Source: an uncultured Gammaproteobacteria bacterium (GTDB lineage Bacteria; Pseudomonadota; Gammaproteobacteria; Steroidobacterales; Rariloculaceae). From it: 64,000 nucleotides of DNA. Under the pieces are notes generated by a model. That model made no database searches. It was not told where the DNA came from and saw only the letters and a program-made list of their open reading frames with translations. The stretch spans positions 27,079-91,078 of the forward strand of contig CAYXIJ010000005.1 of assembly GCA_964465375.1 (NCBI GenBank), given 5' to 3'. A program made the translations under genes and the position numbers. Below, piece by piece: positions 59,220 to 64,000 of this stretch; position 1 is the first letter of the stretch; every line of letters starts with the position of its first letter.

Positions 59220-60143
59220 TCATCCATATCTAACTTTCGGATCCAACCAGGCATACGCTAGGTCTACCAGAAAATTAAAAACAACAATTAAGGCACCGTA
59301 GAACACCACAATTCCCATTACCAACGTGTAATCTCGGTTCAAAGCCCCTTGCACAAAAAATCTCCCGAGCCCCGGAATACCAAAAATCTGCTCAATGACA
59401 ACGGACCCCGTAATAACAGCTGCTGTCGCGGGGCCAAGATAGGACACAACAGGCAACAAGGCGGGTTTTAACGCGTGTACCAACAAGATCTTTCCCATTG
59501 GAAGCCCTTGTGCCTTGGCCGTACGGATAAAATTGCTGCGCAATATTTCAATCAAGCTTCCCCTTGTAAGGCGCGCTATGTAGGCAATTTGGGGCAAAGC
59601 CAACGAAACCACCGGGAGCACCATGTTGCGCAAAGACCCTCCACCTAGACCCCCTGCAGGCAGCCAGCCTAGATAAACCGCAAAGACAAGGACCAAAAGA
59701 GGTGCCATCACGAAACTGGGAACAGAAATCCCGGTCATCGATACCGCCATGACAGCGTAATCCGTTCTTGAGTTCTGCCATAGGGCCGCCACGCTGCCTG
59801 CCAAAACCCCAAAAATCACCGCGAAAACCATAGCCCCTGCCCCCAACCGAAGAGAAATTGGGAAGCCTGTCATGATGAGTTCTGTAACCGTCAGATCCCG
59901 GTACTGAAACGAAGGGCCAAAGTCGCCTCGCAATAAGTTTCCCAGATAGCGGGCAAACTGTTGATAGAGGGGCTCATCTAAATGATAGGCAGCGCGCAGA
60001 TTGGCCTCAATCTCTGGCAGGAGGACCTTTTCAGAATCGAACGGCCCCCCCGGTGCAAGGCGAATTAGAAAAAAGGCCAGCGCCATAAGGACAAAAAGCG
60101 TCGGGATTGCCCCCAAAAGCCGCCGAACAAAATAATTTAACAA
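59220..60143 (-). CDS. oppB: Oligopeptide ABC permease OppB
   Basis: 307 aa. The N-terminus MLNYFVRRLLGAIPTLFVLMALAFFLIRLAPGGPF parallels E. coli OppB. Confidence 0.85.
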   Translation of the reverse strand: MLNYFVRRLLGAIPTLFVLMALAFFLIRLAPGGPFDSEKVLLPEIEANLRAAYHLDEPLYQQFARYLGNLLRGDFGPSFQYRDLTVTELIMTGFPISLRLGAGAMVFAVIFGVLAGSVAALWQNSRTDYAVMAVSMTGISVPSFVMAPLLVLVFAVYLGWLPAGGLGGGSLRNMVLPVVSLALPQIAYIARLTRGSLIEILRSNFIRTAKAQGLPMGKILLVHALKPALLPVVSYLGPATAAVITGSVVIEQIFGIPGLGRFFVQGALNRDYTLVMGIVVFYGALIVVFNFLVDLAYAWLDPKVRYG

Positions 60144-60151
60144 ACTAGCCC

Positions 60152-61831
60152 CTAATGGCTGAGAATTTGTAAGTTTTTAGAGTAGTGATGGTTCATGATG
60201 TTGGCAGTTAGCCCTTTCACCCACGGCTTCACCATATATGTTGAAACGTAAAAATATAGCGGAATAATTGGTAGGTCCTTGAGCAGAATCATTTCTGCCT
60301 CCTGCAGATGTTCAGCGCGCTTTTTTAGGTCGCCCTCTTTGCTCGCAAGCTCGAGCAACAAATCATAATCCGGGTTCATATAGCCGCTGTCATTCAGCCC
60401 GCTTCCGGAATGCATCAGCTCAGAAAAAGTGAAGGCATCATTGTAATCCCCAATCCAGCCGCCCCTAAAAACCTCCGTTTCTGTATACACATTCAGCTCA
60501 TTTTTCTTTCGCTTCGTATCTAAAAAAACCCTCCACTCCTGATTCAGCAGGCTGGTTTCCACACCTAAAGTGCTTTTCCACATGGAGGCAATACCCGCTG
60601 CTATACGGCGATGATCTTCTTGGGTGTTGTATAGGATCTCAAGGCGCAAGGGATTTTCATCGGAGTAGCCAGCTTCTAGGTAGAGTCGCCGAGCCTCCTC
60701 TTCTCGCTCGGCTTGAGTCCATGTAGCTTCTGTCATTTGTTGGCCCGTGTAATTGATCACCGGTGGAACCCACCCAAACGCGGGAATTTGTCCGGCGCCC
60801 GCAATTTCCTCAGTGATGATTTCACGGTCAATGGCGAGCGCCAACGCTCGCCTTAGAGCAGGATTGCCTGCGAACGGTGACTTGGTCAAATTAATGCCGT
60901 AGTAATAAGTTCCAAGATAGGGCGCGATTACGAGTTGGTCAGGTAGGTTTGCCCGGGCCCAACCAATCTGTTTTGACGGTACCGTGCTTGTAAGTTCCAG
61001 TTCCCCGGCCCTGTAGCGGCGTAACTCTGATGCGCTGTCTTCAGTTGGGTAATACCAAACCTCGTCAATGACGGTTGAGTCGTTATCCCAGTAATAAGAA
61101 TTTCTAACAATTTTGATGTGGGACTCCGGAAGTCGCTCTACCAGAAGGTATGCGCCGTTTGAAACTAGGTTGTCGGGTCGGGTCCAGCGATCACCGTGGG
61201 CTTCGACACTACCTCTGTGGACCGGGTAGCTAGCGGAATGGTTTAGCACCCCTAGAAAGTAGGGGGTAACTGACCTCAATTCTATTTCCAGCTGATAATC
61301 ATCAAGTGCCCTGACGCCCAACTCAGCTGGCGGCATGGCCCCCGAGGCAACAGCCTCCGCGTTGAGTATGGGGGCCAAAATAAAGGTGTAACGCGAAAGG
61401 GTTTTTGGGTCTAGGCTTCTGCGGAAACTATAAACAAAGTCGTGTGCCGTCACCGGATCACCGTTTGACCACCGAGCATTTGCTCTCAGCTGAAATACGT
61501 AAATACGCCCATCTTCGCTTATGTGCCAAGACTCGGCCACGCCTGGAATAACGTCCCCATTCGGAGCCTCTATGGTTAGGCCCTCAAACAAGTCCCGTTG
61601 AATGTTTCCGGAAGGCACCCCTTCCGCCCTGTGGGGGTCCAAACTTTGGGGTTCGGCGCCGTTGCCCCGGCGCAACACTTGTGCCTCAGCCAATTCATTA
61701 CCATTCACCCCTCCCACCATCAGAGAGCCGGCTATTTCAGCGCTATCGTCGTTGCCGCTGCAAGCACTTAATAGCAGGGCAGCTGTAATCAGCGGCAACT
61801 TAAGCCAGTAATCCGTTTTTGTCCTCACCAT
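60152..61831 (-). CDS. oppA: Peptide ABC transporter substrate-binding lipoprotein (family 5, OppA-like)
   Basis: 559 aa with the lipobox LLLSACSG, an SBP_bac_5-like length, and a position at the head of the permease/ATPase genes. Confidence 0.8.
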   Translation of the reverse strand: MVRTKTDYWLKLPLITAALLLSACSGNDDSAEIAGSLMVGGVNGNELAEAQVLRRGNGAEPQSLDPHRAEGVPSGNIQRDLFEGLTIEAPNGDVIPGVAESWHISEDGRIYVFQLRANARWSNGDPVTAHDFVYSFRRSLDPKTLSRYTFILAPILNAEAVASGAMPPAELGVRALDDYQLEIELRSVTPYFLGVLNHSASYPVHRGSVEAHGDRWTRPDNLVSNGAYLLVERLPESHIKIVRNSYYWDNDSTVIDEVWYYPTEDSASELRRYRAGELELTSTVPSKQIGWARANLPDQLVIAPYLGTYYYGINLTKSPFAGNPALRRALALAIDREIITEEIAGAGQIPAFGWVPPVINYTGQQMTEATWTQAEREEEARRLYLEAGYSDENPLRLEILYNTQEDHRRIAAGIASMWKSTLGVETSLLNQEWRVFLDTKRKKNELNVYTETEVFRGGWIGDYNDAFTFSELMHSGSGLNDSGYMNPDYDLLLELASKEGDLKKRAEHLQEAEMILLKDLPIIPLYFYVSTYMVKPWVKGLTANIMNHHYSKNLQILSH

Positions 61832-61848
61832 GGTGCTCCTATTTCAAG

Positions 61849-63744
61849 CTATGCGCTCTTGCTGTACTCATGTCGCTTGAGATAAATCAGCAGCAACGAG
61901 ATTGCAGCCGGCGTAACACCGGGGATCCTAGATGCCTGGCCAACGTTTTCAGGTCTAACACTTTCCAGCTTTTCTCTAACCTCATTTGAGAGGCCGCTCA
62001 CCGAGGAATAGTCCATATCGCTCGGTAACAAAGTCGCAACGTGCCGATCTTGGCGCTCAATTTCTTTACTTTGGCGCATGATATAGCCCGCATATCGGGC
62101 TTGAATTTCAAGCTGTCGGGCAAGCTGCTCCCTTCCTTCTTCGCTCAAACCATCAAGAAGGCCTGGCCCAACACGCTTTAATGCAGTCACATCCTCATAA
62201 CCTATGTCTGGTCGACGAATGAGGTCTCGGGCGGTGGTTTCTCTACCAAGGGGGTTGATCTTGCTGCCCGCCGGAACGTCGTTCGGGCGTATAATGATAG
62301 ATGACAAGCGTTCTGTTTCGGCGTCCAAGCGGGACCGCTTAACTTCAAAGGCCCGCCAGCGCTCATCACCTAACAGACCTAGATTCCGCGCGGTAGGCGT
62401 TAGCCTAAGATCGGCGTTGTCTTCCCTCAGGATTAGGCGATACTCAGCCCGAGATGTAAACATCCGATACGGCTCTGTCGTTCCCCGAGTGATTAAGTCA
62501 TCAATCAAAACACCCATATAAGCCTCCTCTCGCCCCGGAGACCAGGGCTCGCGCCCCTGTACGCTTAGTGCTGCATTTATCCCCGCGACGATGCCTTGCG
62601 CTGCCGCCTCCTCATAGCCAGTGGTGCCATTAATCTGCCCCGCGAAAAACAGCCCCTCGATAACCTTGGTCTCTAAATTTGACCTGAGTGCCCGCGGATC
62701 AAAGAAATCATATTCAATGGCGTAGCCGGGGCGGGTGATATGAGCGCGCTCAAATCCAGGGATCGTACGAATAAACTCATTTTGAACATCAAACGGTAGG
62801 CTAGTAGAAATACCGTTGGGATAAATCTCATTAACAAACAGACCCTCAGGCTCTACGAAGATCTGGTGCGACTTCCTGTCAGCAAATCGCACAACCTTGT
62901 CCTCGATTGAGGGACAGTAGCGCGGGCCTATACCATCTATAGCGCCACTGTACATTGGTGAGCGGCTGAGGCCGGCCCGGATAATATCGTGCGTTTGCTC
63001 GGTAGTGTGCGCGATATGGCAAGACACTTGGCGCGGATGTTCCTCGCGCCTTCCCATAAATGAAAACACTGGTGTCGGCTCGTCTCCGTGCTGAATCTCG
63101 AGCTGCGAAAAATCAATGCTGCGCCTATCAACGCGCGGGGGGGTGCCCGTCTTTAGTCTCCCAACACCCAGTCCCATATCTCTAAGCTTTGCTGCCAGCC
63201 CGTCAGCGGCTGGGTCACCAGCCCGCCCACCGGGATATTGGGCCTCCCCCACATGGATTTTGCCCCCGAGAAATGTCCCTACTGTCAACACGACTGTAGA
63301 AGCCGTGATCTCCAGCCCAATCTGGGTACGTATTCCGCACGCCCTCCCTTTTTGAATAAGGACATCATCCACGCCCTGCTGAAGTAAGGTCAGTTGTGGC
63401 TGCCCTTCTAGCATTCTGCGGATGGATTTTCGGTATAGGTCTCGGTCAGCCTGAGCCCGGGTAGCCCTTACGGCGGGGCCCTTTCGGGCATTGAGCGTAC
63501 GAAAATGAATCCCAGCCTGATCGATAGCCCTAGCCATGCCGCCTCCCAGGGCATCAACTTCCTTAGTCAGATGCCCCTTGCCAATACCTCCTATAGCAGG
63601 GTTACAGCTCATCTGACCAAGTGTCTCCAAGTTGTGGGTAACCAAAAGTGTTTTGGCGCCCATCCGGGCTGCGGCTAATGCTGCCTCTGTGCCAGCATGC
63701 CCGCCCCCAATAACGAGGCAATCGAAGTGTTGTTTATATTTCAT
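61849..63744 (-). CDS. mnmG: tRNA uridine 5-carboxymethylaminomethyl modification enzyme MnmG (GidA)
   Basis: The listed ORF extends to 63861. The conserved start is [29 protein letters not shown] (ATG at 63744), giving 631 aa. Confidence 0.95.
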   Translation of the reverse strand: MKYKQHFDCLVIGGGHAGTEAALAAARMGAKTLLVTHNLETLGQMSCNPAIGGIGKGHLTKEVDALGGGMARAIDQAGIHFRTLNARKGPAVRATRAQADRDLYRKSIRRMLEGQPQLTLLQQGVDDVLIQKGRACGIRTQIGLEITASTVVLTVGTFLGGKIHVGEAQYPGGRAGDPAADGLAAKLRDMGLGVGRLKTGTPPRVDRRSIDFSQLEIQHGDEPTPVFSFMGRREEHPRQVSCHIAHTTEQTHDIIRAGLSRSPMYSGAIDGIGPRYCPSIEDKVVRFADRKSHQIFVEPEGLFVNEIYPNGISTSLPFDVQNEFIRTIPGFERAHITRPGYAIEYDFFDPRALRSNLETKVIEGLFFAGQINGTTGYEEAAAQGIVAGINAALSVQGREPWSPGREEAYMGVLIDDLITRGTTEPYRMFTSRAEYRLILREDNADLRLTPTARNLGLLGDERWRAFEVKRSRLDAETERLSSIIIRPNDVPAGSKINPLGRETTARDLIRRPDIGYEDVTALKRVGPGLLDGLSEEGREQLARQLEIQARYAGYIMRQSKEIERQDRHVATLLPSDMDYSSVSGLSNEVREKLESVRPENVGQASRIPGVTPAAISLLLIYLKRHEYSKSA

Positions 63745-63876
63745 GAATATAGACCGCTGTGCACGATTGTAGGTTGACTGTGCCGCTCCCGCCAGATCCT
63801 TTGGGTGCTTGCCCTTCCTCAGTACCACAAAGCGCGTTACCCTGTATGTGTATAGAATCAAGAATGTGGGGTTTTT

Positions 63877-64000
63877 GTGAAAAAAATTTCATGTCTGCTG
63901 GCCCTTATATTTGTGGCTTCATGGGCTCAAGCGGACCTTGAGTGGGCTTATCAGGCACTTGAGGAAACGCTCATCTTCTTTAATGATGAGCCAAGAACAC
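63877..64000 (+). CDS. N-terminal fragment of a hypothetical exported protein (runs off the right edge)
   Basis: Hand translation from the GTG at 63877 gives [19 protein letters not shown]|[22 protein letters not shown]. This is a Sec-type signal peptide with an AxA cleavage site. The frame is open to the window end. Confidence 0.35.
   Translation, partial: MKKISCLLALIFVASWAQADLEWAYQALEETLIFFNDEPRT

Noticed and set aside
63745-63876. Possible oriC in the mnmG upstream region, since gidA-adjacent origins occur in enterics.
   Set aside because: The region is only 132 bp. The best DnaA-box-like 9-mers match 5-6 of 9 positions (TGTGCACGA, TGTGGGGTT). It has a single GATC and no AT-rich 13-mer cluster. 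In Pseudomonas-like layouts the origin lies further on, near dnaA/rpmH, outside this window.

Overview
By gene order and protein signatures this looks like an origin-proximal chromosomal segment of a gammaproteobacterium, with Pseudomonas-like synteny (glmS-glmU-atp-parBA-rsmG...mnmG). The taxon is an inference. I support about 57 protein-coding genes and found no rRNA, tRNA, CRISPR array, transposase or integrase by eye. From left to right the window holds: gltB (partial, runs off the left edge and so is missing from the ORF track); a thiolase and an AGCS symporter; a fructosamine kinase and a solitary HNH endonuclease; pntAA-pntAB-pntB; priA, argS and a SPOR protein; an NtrX-like/NtrY-like/DUF4390/rsmB/fmt/def array; smg-topA-tsaC-aroE; gor; and prlC-xthA. 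Next comes a roughly 10.7 kb non-core block (about 32955-43649). After it, a roughly 20 kb array lies entirely on the minus strand: glmS, glmU, atpCDGAHFEBI, parB, parA, rsmG, a complete opp operon, and mnmG. The observations most worth a second look are: (1) the accessory block, which pairs an AGMO-like fatty-acid hydroxylase, a class-3 aldehyde dehydrogenase, a saccharopine-dehydrogenase-like reductase and a tandem double 2OG-Fe(II) oxygenase; (2) three paralogous exported MORN-variant (YwqK-like) repeat proteins and a 46-aa tail-anchored ORF around a translationally coupled mini P-loop kinase and HxGH nucleotidyltransferase pair; (3) an in-frame TAG inside an otherwise intact priA; (4) a frameshift at a TA tract in oppC; (5) an opp operon inserted between mnmG and rsmG; (6) no dprA between def and smg. 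No recognisable defence, mobile or secretion system is present, and most of the window is ordinary housekeeping DNA. All calls come from reading motifs by eye. No BLAST, HMM or composition software was run, and start codons were chosen by hand.
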